From NCBI GenBank assembly GCA_019058015.1, contig JAHLWH010000207.1, positions 1 through 18,793 of the forward strand: DNA of 18,793 nt. The letters are read 5' to 3'. Shown piece after piece: positions 1 through 8,714 of the stretch. A program made the translations under genes and the position numbers. How positions within the stretch are numbered: the stretch's first letter is position 1; every line of letters starts with the position of its first letter. The stretch comes from Promethearchaeota archaeon. GTDB taxonomy: Archaea; Asgardarchaeota; Lokiarchaeia; Sigyniarchaeales; SOKP01. The notes under the pieces are model-generated. The model was not told the DNA's origin, did not search any database, and saw only the letters and a program-made list of their open reading frames with translations.

Positions 1-201
1 GATAAAATTCTCACCAAAATCATTAGAGTTATGAATGAAATTAAAAGAGTTGATGATGTGGCTATTAAGGAAATTTTAGAGGACCGGCAGAAAAAACTTT
101 GGCAAAAACATAGCAAATGGAATCAAAAATATTGGAAAAAAAAGCGAAATTGCGAGAAAATTATATATTCTTTATGGAGCTCAATTAAATCTAAAAATTA
201 A
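1..201 (+). CDS. 3' end of an unidentified protein (runs in from the window edge)
   Basis: Frame 1 is open from base 1 (DKILTKIIRVMNEIKRVDD...WSSIKSKN) to TAA at 199-201, overlapping the stop of the convergent DUF72 gene. Confidence 0.55.
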   Translation, partial: DKILTKIIRVMNEIKRVDDVAIKEILEDRQKKLWQKHSKWNQKYWKKKRNCEKIIYSLWSSIKSKN

Positions 202-998
202 ACAAAATCAAATAAGTTTCTTTGCTGGGGGATGGGATGATAGTGCAGTCCTAATTTCTTTTTAAATTCATTTGCATCTTCCGGCGAAAAACCTCTAAAA
301 TTATTATTAAATATAATTATAATCTCCTTACCATTGGGAGATTTTTGAAGAGAATTTATATTCTGCTCTAAATCCTCTAAAGCTTCATCTTGATTCCTCT
401 GGATGCGATTGAAAATGGTAAGTTGATGATCCCCAAGGAGTCTAATATAATAATAATCTTGTTCTGGATAATAATACGGTTGCACACGCTTCATATATGA
501 AGTTGCTAAAAAAATTCGCGAAGCATCCAGAAATTGTGCAAGAATCTTAGGATTAAACCAAGAATTATGGCGGAATTCTAAAAAATATCTCGATTCAATA
601 GGAAATTTATAAATTATTTTTGACAAATATTTTATATGTTTAACCGTAGGGCTAAATCTTGGTGGAAATTGGATTAAATAACCTATAATTTTTGACTCCA
701 AAATCTTCATGCGAGAAAAAAATAGGTCAATTATGGATTCAATTTCCAAGTTGTTTATGTTATGCGTAATATTTTGCCAAACCTTAACCGAGAATTTGAA
801 ATTACCCGGCACCTGTTTGGACCAATTATGCACGGTTTCTTCAGAAGGTATATTGTAAAATGTTGTATTGATTTCTATACAATCAAAAAATTTAGAATAG
901 TAGTTCAAATAATTTTGTCTTTTTAAGTTTTTAGGATAAAACGTGCCTCGCCAATCCGAATAATCCCAACCGGCACAACCAATATTTATTTTTGTCAT
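198..998 (-). CDS. DUF72 (YecE-like) family protein
   Basis: Motifs IGCAGWDYSDWRGTFYP, EINTTFY, FSVKV..ITH, LIQFPP, LEFRHNSW, YIRLLG and FNN are typical of DUF72. Confidence 0.93.
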   Translation of the reverse strand: MTKINIGCAGWDYSDWRGTFYPKNLKRQNYLNYYSKFFDCIEINTTFYNIPSEETVHNWSKQVPGNFKFSVKVWQNITHNINNLEIESIIDLFFSRMKILESKIIGYLIQFPPRFSPTVKHIKYLSKIIYKFPIESRYFLEFRHNSWFNPKILAQFLDASRIFLATSYMKRVQPYYYPEQDYYYIRLLGDHQLTIFNRIQRNQDEALEDLEQNINSLQKSPNGKEIIIIFNNNFRGFSPEDANEFKKKLGLHYHPIPQQRNLFDFV

Positions 999-1055
999 GA
1001 GAGCTCGAAACTTAAAAATTTAGAAAATACAATTTTAATAATCGTTATTTTCAAA

Positions 1056-1184
1056 TTATTTTTTCTTTTCATGCTGATCTTTAGGGGCACCACAATTTGG
1101 GCACTTTGATAGCCTACATCTTGGATTATCATACTCCTTACCGCATTTTTTACATATCCAAGTAGTTATATTTACAACCTCCAA
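1056..1184 (-). CDS. Small rubredoxin-like / zinc-ribbon protein (37-42 aa), not in the ORF track
   Basis: Translates as (L)EVVNITTWICKKCGKEYDNPRCRLSKCPNCGAPKDQHEKKK*, with the W-x-C-x2-CG...CP-x-CGAPK rubredoxin-like signature. The start is TTG at 1184, or ATA at 1169, which lies 7 nt after a GGAGGT. Confidence 0.8.
   Translation of the reverse strand: MEVVNITTWICKKCGKEYDNPRCRLSKCPNCGAPKDQHEKKK
1177..1182 (-). promoter_or_regulatory. Shine-Dalgarno GGAGGT for the rubredoxin-like ORF
   Basis: ACCTCC on the plus strand, 7 nt from an in-frame ATA codon. Confidence 0.55.
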
Positions 1185-1270
1185 TCCATTCTAATAAAAT
1201 TGACTTTGTAATATTAATCAAATATTATTTTAAATTATATAAACATATTCTTAACAAATTATCAATTGTC

Positions 1271-1350
1271 TTTTTCAAGAAAATGCATATTTCAACTTTC
1301 TAACACAAATTACTTAGAAACGTTCTTTTTGAATGTGCTTTCTTGAAAAA
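1271..1350. repeat. Nested imperfect inverted repeat (long stem-loop)
   Basis: Outer arms TTTTTCAAGAAA (1271-1282) and TTTCTTGAAAAA (1339-1350) extend imperfectly inward. Inner arms are TTTCTAA (1297-1303) and TTAGAAA (1314-1320). Confidence 0.55.
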
Positions 1351-1666
1351 ATTTAGGAATTTTATATATTTTATACGATAATGGAAGGGAATTGCAAATT
1401 TAAACTAGTGAAAGAATTGAAAGCTCAAGGATCTTCAATTGATGTGAAAATTTCTTATTATTCCAAATAATAATATTTTTACTTTTACCTTGTCTTTATT
1501 TTTAAGTTTTTTTAAAAGTAGTTATAAAATTAATACCAATTTAAAACCTATAGAAATACATAACATTATCTAGAATTATTTTTCAAAAAAAATAATAATA
1601 ATGTGTGAAACCCTTCAAATAGATTTTATGTTTTATCAAAAATAAATCAAGGTTCATCTGAATTTT

Positions 1667-2536
1667 CTAATCATTAACTTTTTTTTTTGCATATTGATTA
1701 ATTTTTTGAATTAGATTTTCAAATATATCAATCTTCTCTTCAAGTATTTCTTTTAAAATAGATTCCTTATCTTTTTTTAAAAAATCTTTCTTGAATTTTA
1801 TAGATAATTTATATTTCCAATTTGGAACCAATTTGATTTCATTTTTACTACAATATTTAATTAAAGAATCATTAAATGCACTATCTTCAATTTCAGACTC
1901 GGAAACAAGTGGAGAAACAAGATTATTACGGTTAAGGCATTTCACTAAAAGTTCTTTTCCGATTAAATCTTCAATTTCACATTCTTCTTTTCTCTTAAGA
2001 AATTGTCCGATCAATAATATATTCTTTTTATTTTCCATAAAAAGAGATTCAGTTAAAATTTCATAAGCCTTTTGTCCACTCTCATCAGAATCCAATAGAA
2101 CAACAGGAATATTTTCTAAATCAATAAATAATCTTGCATACATTTCAATTTTTGATGCACTTTTACAGGGAACAATTACAAGATCTTTATCAAGAGTTGT
2201 TTTATTTAGTATTGATAATATTGAATTAATAGTTTTTATATAATTATAATCTGTATCTCCCTCTACAAGAAGTTGCTTTAAACCTTGATATATTATTTGA
2301 CTTGTTCGATAACTTAAAGCTGCTTGAAGTGGAAATATTGCCTTCTTATCAGGGATAAGATTATTTTCGGTAACTCTCGTTATACCATTTTTATCTTCAT
2401 ATACAGATCTAACCTGTTCTAAGTAGTTTTCATCAACAAGGAAAGGTGAATGAGTAGTGTAAATTATTTGATTAGTTTCTTTTAAATTTTGAAAGAAGTT
2501 TATTAAATTAAATTGAGCTTGTAAATGAAGATGATC
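1667..2536 (-). pseudogene. 5'-truncated OLD-family ATP-dependent nuclease (end of ABC-ATPase domain plus TOPRIM)
   Basis: The frame extends 131 codons upstream of the listed ATG: HLHLQAQ...QIIYTTHSPFLVD (H-loop), LLVEGDTD (TOPRIM Glu) and LLDSDESG (DxD). A TAG lies immediately upstream, and Walker A/B are missing. Confidence 0.85.
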
Positions 2537-2943
2537 CTAAAAATATAGAAAATTCTCCTGAAAACTATATCCTCTGCTTCTCGCTCTACGATATTAAACA
2601 TTTGTTAGATATCAAACCTCAAAATGGGACCTATATCTACTCCTCGAGTGAAGCCTTCGAAGAAGAATACGAGTTTGACTTTATCAGATTGAATAATTGC
2701 CTTAAGCATTTTGGATTCAAGGTTCATGGGTTCGAAATTATTGAAAAACGCGGCCAACAAAAACCCGAATTTATTAAAGGATTTCACGCATCTGGGCACG
2801 CATCGAAAAGCGATTTAATGAGAGCAATCGAAACAATCGATCCTGACTATATCATCCCCGTTCATACCGAAAATCCTAATTGGTTTAAAGAACATTTTGA
2901 TAATACGCTTCTAATAAAAAATGGAAAAAAAAATAACTTCTAA
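2533..2943 (+). pseudogene. 5'-truncated metallo-beta-lactamase / beta-CASP (RNase J-like) nuclease, C-terminal RMMBL part
   Basis: PENYILCFS..., YIYSSSEAF, FHASGHAS, IDPDYIIPVHTE. The N-terminal HxHxDH domain is absent. Confidence 0.85.
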
Positions 2944-3107
2944 TTATTAAGCTTCTATTGTTTTTACTGTTTTTACTTCAATTTAAAAAAATTAAGTCTC
3001 TTTGCATATATTCTTTAATGAATTTAAAGCAATATAAAAGAGATTTTATTTATTTTCTAATTTTCTGCATCTATGCCCAGTTCTCTGAGTTTTTCTTGAA
3101 TTTTAAA

Positions 3108-3209
3108 GTAATAGATCCAAAAGAAATCCAAGAAAAAATAGGAATTGCTAAAGGAGATAAACTAATTCTTGATTTAAAAGAGAATAAAATAATAATTACT
3201 AAATTTTAA
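3108..3209 (+). pseudogene. AbrB/MazE/SpoVT-type DNA-binding domain fragment
   Basis: PKEIQEKIGIAKGDKLILDLKENKIIITK matches the AbrB pattern IPKEIRE.LGI..GD.L. The N-terminal GQI strand is missing. Confidence 0.6.
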
Positions 3210-3264
3210 ATAAATAAAATTTCAGAGATACTAGAAAAATAGAAATCTCGAAAAATCTCTAGCA

Positions 3265-4329
3265 TTATGGACTCAAATTCACAAGATGGTCAGTTAATTT
3301 AGTTAAATATTCTGCTGATAGTCTGTCAACTTCGTCTATAGTAAATAAATGCATAAGATGACTTTTTTTAAATTTATTCCATTCTCCATGTTCGGAAATT
3401 TTATTCTGATAAGATTTTAATTGATCTTTATCTTTTGCGATTAAAAAATAAAGTGGTTTAATATCTTTAAAATGTACATTGCTTTTCAAAGTATTATCTA
3501 ATGCTACGAAATGGTCCATAACTGTTCTTAAGGCTCCATCTTTTTCATGTTCAAAAACAGCAAATGGAATATAGAAGCCTTCTGATTCTTCGAAAAATCA
3601 TATATTATCAATATATAATATTCTTTTTTTCGTTCCTAAAGCATCTCCAATATCTGATATCCAAGAAGGAATATCGATTGATTCCTTCTCAGATTCATCT
3701 TTATCACTAATATTATTCATTACTCGATTTCTTTCTTGGGAACCAATAAAACTCTCACATTGAAATTTACTAGCTTGGAGATGACTTGTTCGAATCATTT
3801 CAATATGTAATGATGGCTCAGTTGGAGATATAATTACTGTTTCAGATTTAGATTCCTCTCCTTTTTTAAGATATAAATTCTCAATCTTTTTAAAATCAGT
3901 TGTGGATAATGGTTTTATAGTACCTCGTAATTTAAAAGTGACAGAACCACCTTCTAAAATATTTCCTTCACTATCCTTGAAAAAATCCAGACTTTTTACT
4001 AATTCATAATAGGAAATATAATTTTCTTCACGGACTGGATAAATGGGTTTAATTTTAAATTGAATGGAATTAATCCAATCATTAGTATATAATTGTGGAC
4101 CTTCAATAATTTCAAATAATCCAACAATAAATTTTTTTGGTGCCGGGCAATAATATGCAACTTTATCTCCTGATTGAATCTGATGCGTTATTTTATATTG
4201 TGGGATTAATTTACCATCATTGGATTTAATAGGTTCACCTGACAGTTTATCCTTCTTTACGGGTAATCCAACTAAATCTTGATGTTCCATATAACTTGAA
4301 AATCTATGATTTATTAACCAAAAATTCAT
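3265..4329 (-). pseudogene. EVE-domain plus PD-(D/E)xK-type nuclease (354 codons) interrupted by one in-frame TGA at 3598-3600
   Basis: N-terminal EVE features (NFWLI, IQSGDKVAYY, IVGLFEI, LRGTIKPLSTTDFKKI). ORFs 3598..4329 and 3265..3519 are in the same frame and read YIDNI*FFEESEGFYIPFAVFEHEKDGALRTVMDHF across the stop. Confidence 0.78.
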
Positions 4330-4514
4330 TAAACAAACCCCTGTATTTTGGTTTTAATAATTATTAAAAATTTTATGGTTCAAAACGTGTAATTTATAAT
4401 TTTTTATGAGGAACGTTCAACTTTCCTCATTGATTTTAAAACCTGTTTAAGAAAAAAAGGTTTAGATAAAATAAAAAATTTATTAAAATTCTTAAACTCT
4501 AATACCTCCATAAT

Positions 4515-4817
4515 CTATTTTTCACCATCATTATTTTTAGAACTCCTTTTTAATTCTTCAAAAGAATTTGAAAATATTCTTTCTTTAGAATTTTTTGTTT
4601 TAATTGTATCAGATTCAAAATGATGTCCCTTTAAATTATAATGTTCACTTTTACAATTAGGACATCTTTTTATTTCATAATGTGCCCATCTTGGTATTCC
4701 CCAATCTATTCTAATAGGATGGGGTTGGTCAGGTATTACCCTTAGTGTTATAATCAAATCTGCTTCATCAAATATCTCTCCACAACGATAACATTTATTT
4801 TTTTTCTTTTCAGTCAT
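4515..4817 (-). CDS. Hypothetical C4 zinc-binding protein
   Basis: CYRC...CPNC pair, ATG start, 100 aa. Confidence 0.65.
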   Translation of the reverse strand: MTEKKKNKCYRCGEIFDEADLIITLRVIPDQPHPIRIDWGIPRWAHYEIKRCPNCKSEHYNLKGHHFESDTIKTKNSKERIFSNSFEELKRSSKNNDGEK

Positions 4818-4877
4818 TTTTATTATTTTAATTCCTTATAATAGAATTTACATAAGTTAAAAAAAAAAAATAAATAA

Positions 4878-5168
4878 TTAAACTTTCCTACCACAACCAA
4901 CACAATAATCATGCTCCTCATTTATTCTTGTTCCACAATTAGGACAGAAAATGCCTTTCACAACTTGTTGTTGAACTGGTTCCATTATTGGTTGGACTCC
5001 CCAATTAATGCTATTACACATAGGACATCTCTCTGTTTTTAGTACATGGTAAAGTATATAAATTACACCAGGACAACACCCAAGACATAAAAGGATTATG
5101 AATGCAATAACATTAAAGCCACTTTTTGCTGGTTGAACTGTCTGCTTACAATTGATACAATATTTCAT
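4878..5168 (-). CDS. LITAF-like membrane zinc-ribbon protein with C-terminal zinc ribbon
   Basis: CINC, then a hydrophobic stretch (VIAFIILLCLGCCPGVIYILY), then CPMC, followed by CPNCG...CVGCG. GGAGGT SD at 5177-5182. Confidence 0.8.
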   Translation of the reverse strand: MKYCINCKQTVQPAKSGFNVIAFIILLCLGCCPGVIYILYHVLKTERCPMCNSINWGVQPIMEPVQQQVVKGIFCPNCGTRINEEHDYCVGCGRKV

Positions 5169-5277
5169 ATTTTATTACCTCCATATTTTTTATTCTAATT
5201 CATACGAGTCTAATATATATATATTATATATTTACTCCGGAAAGCTTAGAACAGGAGTATATTTAATTTAGCGGGGG

Positions 5278-5892
5278 TTGATAAAATATTTAGAAACCTT
5301 ACATAGGGAAGAAGAATTTTGGACAAAGAAAGGCGCTTTATTAGAGAAGTGGTGCTATGAAAAAGCTATAGAATATGGTTTTTTTGATATTGAAAAATTT
5401 ATTTTAATAAATAAGGAAAAAAACCCTACTGAAAACTATGAAGATATGAGGAGACAAATTAGTTCCTTTCCTAAAGAGCCCCTTGAAATTCCAGTCGTGT
5501 TCTTTAATAAGGAGGATATGTCTTACTTTCATGAAATTGATTTTGCAATAAAGATTGATAATTATCTTTTCCCATTCGAATGCAAAGGGACTATGGCACC
5601 CATCGGAGAGTTGCCTAGATATGTAACTTGGATGGACAAAACTGAATTTGATTTTGAACGGTTGCAGTATAAAGTAGATATAATAAACTACAATCTTAAA
5701 AATACTACTATTAATCATCCATTCTTAGTTGATATTAAAAAGGTTTTATCTGGTCAAATCAAAACAGAGGGAATTCTATCAATATACGGAGATTTTACGC
5801 CAAAAAATTATGAAAATCTATTACTACAACTTCGAGAGAATCTCAATAATGATAGTTTTGACTCATTTTTTAATGAAATAACTCATCGATAA
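5278..5892 (+). CDS. PD-(D/E)xK (NERD-like) nuclease-domain protein, probably the 3' remnant of a longer gene
   Basis: HEIDFAIKIDNYLFPFECKG catalytic pattern. TTG start with no SD. The frame continues upstream through a TAG at 5269-5271 (YSGKLRTGVYLI*RGLIKY). Confidence 0.6.
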   Translation: MIKYLETLHREEEFWTKKGALLEKWCYEKAIEYGFFDIEKFILINKEKNPTENYEDMRRQISSFPKEPLEIPVVFFNKEDMSYFHEIDFAIKIDNYLFPFECKGTMAPIGELPRYVTWMDKTEFDFERLQYKVDIINYNLKNTTINHPFLVDIKKVLSGQIKTEGILSIYGDFTPKNYENLLLQLRENLNNDSFDSFFNEITHR

Positions 5893-5920
5893 GAAATTTA
5901 TCTATTATTATTTTCTAAAT

Positions 5921-6058
5921 AAAATCATTAGAAAGCAATAATATGATGGTCCATTTAATCAAATCCAAGATATTTTGGGAGCTCATGTTATAACATTTTA
6001 CGATAGTGATTTAGAAAAGGTTGTTAATATTATTACATCTGAATTTGAATTGATTTAA
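5921..6058 (+). pseudogene. RelA/SpoT (small alarmone synthetase-like) domain fragment
   Basis: KIIRKQ*YDGPFNQIQDILGAHVITFYDSDLEKVVNIITSEFELI* resembles the RelA_SpoT motif Y..P...I.D..G.RII..Y..D...V...I...F, with an internal stop and R to H substitution. Confidence 0.6.
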
Positions 6059-6322
6059 GGACTCCAATTGATATCCCCCTCCTCACAAGGACTTAATAAG
6101 CATGGCAATACAAAGAAATATTGAAATTATGAGGAAAAATATTGAAAATATGATTTAAAATCTTTTCAGGGATAATGCAAAACGCTTGAAAAATCCTCCA
6201 GACTCTCTTTATATTAATAATTCCAAATTTATTGATAAGCAAAATATATAATTATTCCTTTCCTTAATGAATATTAAATCATAATTCTTTAATTTTAAAT
6301 AAATAATGAAAAGGTAAGGCTA

Positions 6323-6727
6323 ATGAATGGAGATTTAAAAGATTTCATAAATAAAAAAGCTAATGAAAAAATAAAAAAGGATTCTAAACCTTATTTAAAA
6401 AATTTGAAAGAAGATTTTGCTGAAAAGTTTGAAGATCTAGTTAAAGAAACTCAAAGTAAAGAAAGAATAATATCGATTGAATATAATACATTATCCGAAA
6501 TTGAGTTTGAAATTGATATTAAAACACCCTCAGATAAATTAAAAATCATTGCAGAAGGTCCTAGCTTTTTTCTTAGATATTATATAATTTTAAAATGTAA
6601 TAATTGCCAAAAAGAATTCAAAGGATCAGAAATTTATGATATAATAACTTTAAATAAGGTCTTGAAACAAAAACATTTATGTAGTCTATGTGAATTTTTG
6701 GAGCTCTATAAATTAACGCAAAAATGA
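6323..6727 (+). CDS. Hypothetical protein with C-terminal C4 zinc site
   Basis: ATG start, 134 aa, CNNC...CSLC. Confidence 0.65.
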   Translation: MNGDLKDFINKKANEKIKKDSKPYLKNLKEDFAEKFEDLVKETQSKERIISIEYNTLSEIEFEIDIKTPSDKLKIIAEGPSFFLRYYIILKCNNCQKEFKGSEIYDIITLNKVLKQKHLCSLCEFLELYKLTQK

Positions 6728-6825
6728 TTATGAATGGAAATAATACGTATTATTGATATAAGAAAGAATTATAGTAATAATGTCAATCTCTCATATAGAT
6801 CTTAAAAAGGATTTTGTAGAATTAA

Positions 6826-6990
6826 TTAAGGATTATTTTCTGTCGCGTGAAGGGAAACATCTCTAAGTAATTCCATAATTTCTAATATTTTTAAATTATT
6901 ATCAGAGCTGAAGAGTTTGTATATACTATATTTAAAATCTAAATACTCACATTCCTTTATTTCCAACAATTCTTCAAGAGTTTTCCTCAT
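6826..6990 (-). pseudogene. Schlafen/AlbA_2 domain N-terminal fragment
   Basis: MRKTLEELLEIKECEYLDFKYSIY...ELLRDV matches the E...LDFK...ELLKDI start of AlbA_2. Similarity stops before the AxAN..GG motif. Confidence 0.6.
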
Positions 6991-7100
6991 TTTGAAACAG
7001 AAATTCTTTCTTTTTATTATTTAGTAATTTACACTTATATCAAAAAAAGACTTATTTATTAGTAATTAAAGATTGGTATATTAGATTTTTATAGATTTTT

Positions 7101-8144
7101 TTAATTCTTTAAGTTATTTTGAAGACTTAACAAGATATCTTCATAAGTAGTTAAGGCAAATTTCTCCATAAACTCATCTATATAAAATAGGATTTTATTT
7201 ATAATTTGGTCTGGTTGTTGGAAAAGATCAATATGTACTTTGAGTCCGACAAGATAAAATGTGATTAAAAAAATAAACACTTTATAGTACTCATTTGTAT
7301 ATTCTTTCAATGTCAGGGTAAGTTCTTTTTTTTTATCAATAAATATAATTTTCTTATCTTTAATTTTAGGCTCTTTTGTTAAATAAATAGTTTGATGAAA
7401 AATTGCATTACGATAATTAGTTAAAATTTTATCAATATTCAATTTATTTAATACACTTCCAATAGATAAGTGTTGATTATTCAAATAATCATAATTTTTT
7501 TTCCATGATATATATTTTAATTTTAAAAGAAAGAGTAAAGCGTTCTTAAGGGGTCCTTCGATTATTTGTGCATATTTAATTGTCCAATCACTCAAATATT
7601 TTTGGTATTCATTTTCATCTGCATTTTCAAGAATATTCTCTATATCGTTTTTTTCTTGAAAAATTGAAATAGTATTAACTATTGTAAAAAAAGATATTTT
7701 TTTTTCAAAATCCTTTCCGAATGAATAAAAAAGTTCCTTACCTTTTACAATTTCAGTTTTTATAATACTTTTAATAAATTTGGATAAAGAATTGAAGAGA
7801 TATTTGTCAATAATAGGCGTTGCTAATAAGATTTCTTCGATATTATATAGAAAAATTTCAAGTATTTTCAAAATTAATTTTCTTGTGGCCTTATCATGTA
7901 AAAAATTTTGAATTATCGCATATCCAATTTTATCTACTTCTAAATTTAAAGTATTCGTACTAAGCTCGTTTAATTTCTCTTGTATTACAGGATTATTTTT
8001 CCACTTATTATATTTACCTTTTAATTCATCAAAAGTCGAACTAAATAATTCTTTTATCTTTTTATCAATGTCATCTTCCAAAAATTCGAATATATCCACC
8101 CGTCTAAAAAAAAAATTAATTATTTTTGATATGTTTAAAATCAA
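7101..8144 (-). CDS. Helical protein with a C-terminal HEPN-like motif (start uncertain)
   Basis: 347 aa ORF containing YRNAIFHQ (R-N-x3-H) after IEGPLK...LSIGSVL helices. Confidence 0.6.
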   Translation of the reverse strand: MILNISKIINFFFRRVDIFEFLEDDIDKKIKELFSSTFDELKGKYNKWKNNPVIQEKLNELSTNTLNLEVDKIGYAIIQNFLHDKATRKLILKILEIFLYNIEEILLATPIIDKYLFNSLSKFIKSIIKTEIVKGKELFYSFGKDFEKKISFFTIVNTISIFQEKNDIENILENADENEYQKYLSDWTIKYAQIIEGPLKNALLFLLKLKYISWKKNYDYLNNQHLSIGSVLNKLNIDKILTNYRNAIFHQTIYLTKEPKIKDKKIIFIDKKKELTLTLKEYTNEYYKVFIFLITFYLVGLKVHIDLFQQPDQIINKILFYIDEFMEKFALTTYEDILLSLQNNLKN

Positions 8145-8714
8145 AATCTTTCAGCTTTTTTGTATTTTGTCTCTACTTAAAATAAAGTAAATTTAAATAT
8201 TTTAATTTTAGCATAAATCTGAGTGATCTCGACCTTCTTGTTGCTGAAGGTGTAAGGAATGCCGTTTGGATGTGCTTGGATGATGAAAGAACAGTGAATG
8301 AGCTAAACCATTTAGTATGTTTAAATTATATCGAAGAATTAGAGCACGATCGATTATTATTATCAAGAAACCCCGATTTTATTAAAAATTATATGAATGG
8401 TTATGATAAATATTATTACTTATATTCATAAAAACAATGGTTATTGCTCTATAGAGTGATTAAACTATAATAAGTAATTAACATCATATAATACCCAACA
8501 AATTTCCAATTTCAAACGATTCTTAATTAAATCGAATATTAAAACATTATAAAAGTCACTTTATTCTCGTTAAAGCGATGTATAATATATCTGACAGAAA
8601 TGTAAAGTCTTATTAAAAATAAATAAAATAATATTGTTTTACTAATTTTTATTTAATAAAAATTATAAATGTAGAATTTGAATTATTAATCGAATATAAA
8701 AAGATGAAATTTCA

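Noticed and set aside
1791-2066. ORF 1791..2066 (+)
   Set aside because: Antisense shadow of the OLD/TOPRIM remnant, with no protein-like motifs.
2605-2799. ORF 2605..2799 (-)
   Set aside because: Antisense to the MBL nuclease fragment.
2958-3107. N-terminal part of ORF 2958..3209
   Set aside because: Low-complexity T-rich translation. Only the last ~33 codons look like AbrB.
5404-5718. ORF 5404..5718 (-)
   Set aside because: Antisense to the PD-(D/E)xK ORF.
6070-6090. ATCCCCCTCCTCAC as an att-like copy of the tRNA-Phe 3' end
   Set aside because: The match is short and imperfect, and there is no integrase in the window.
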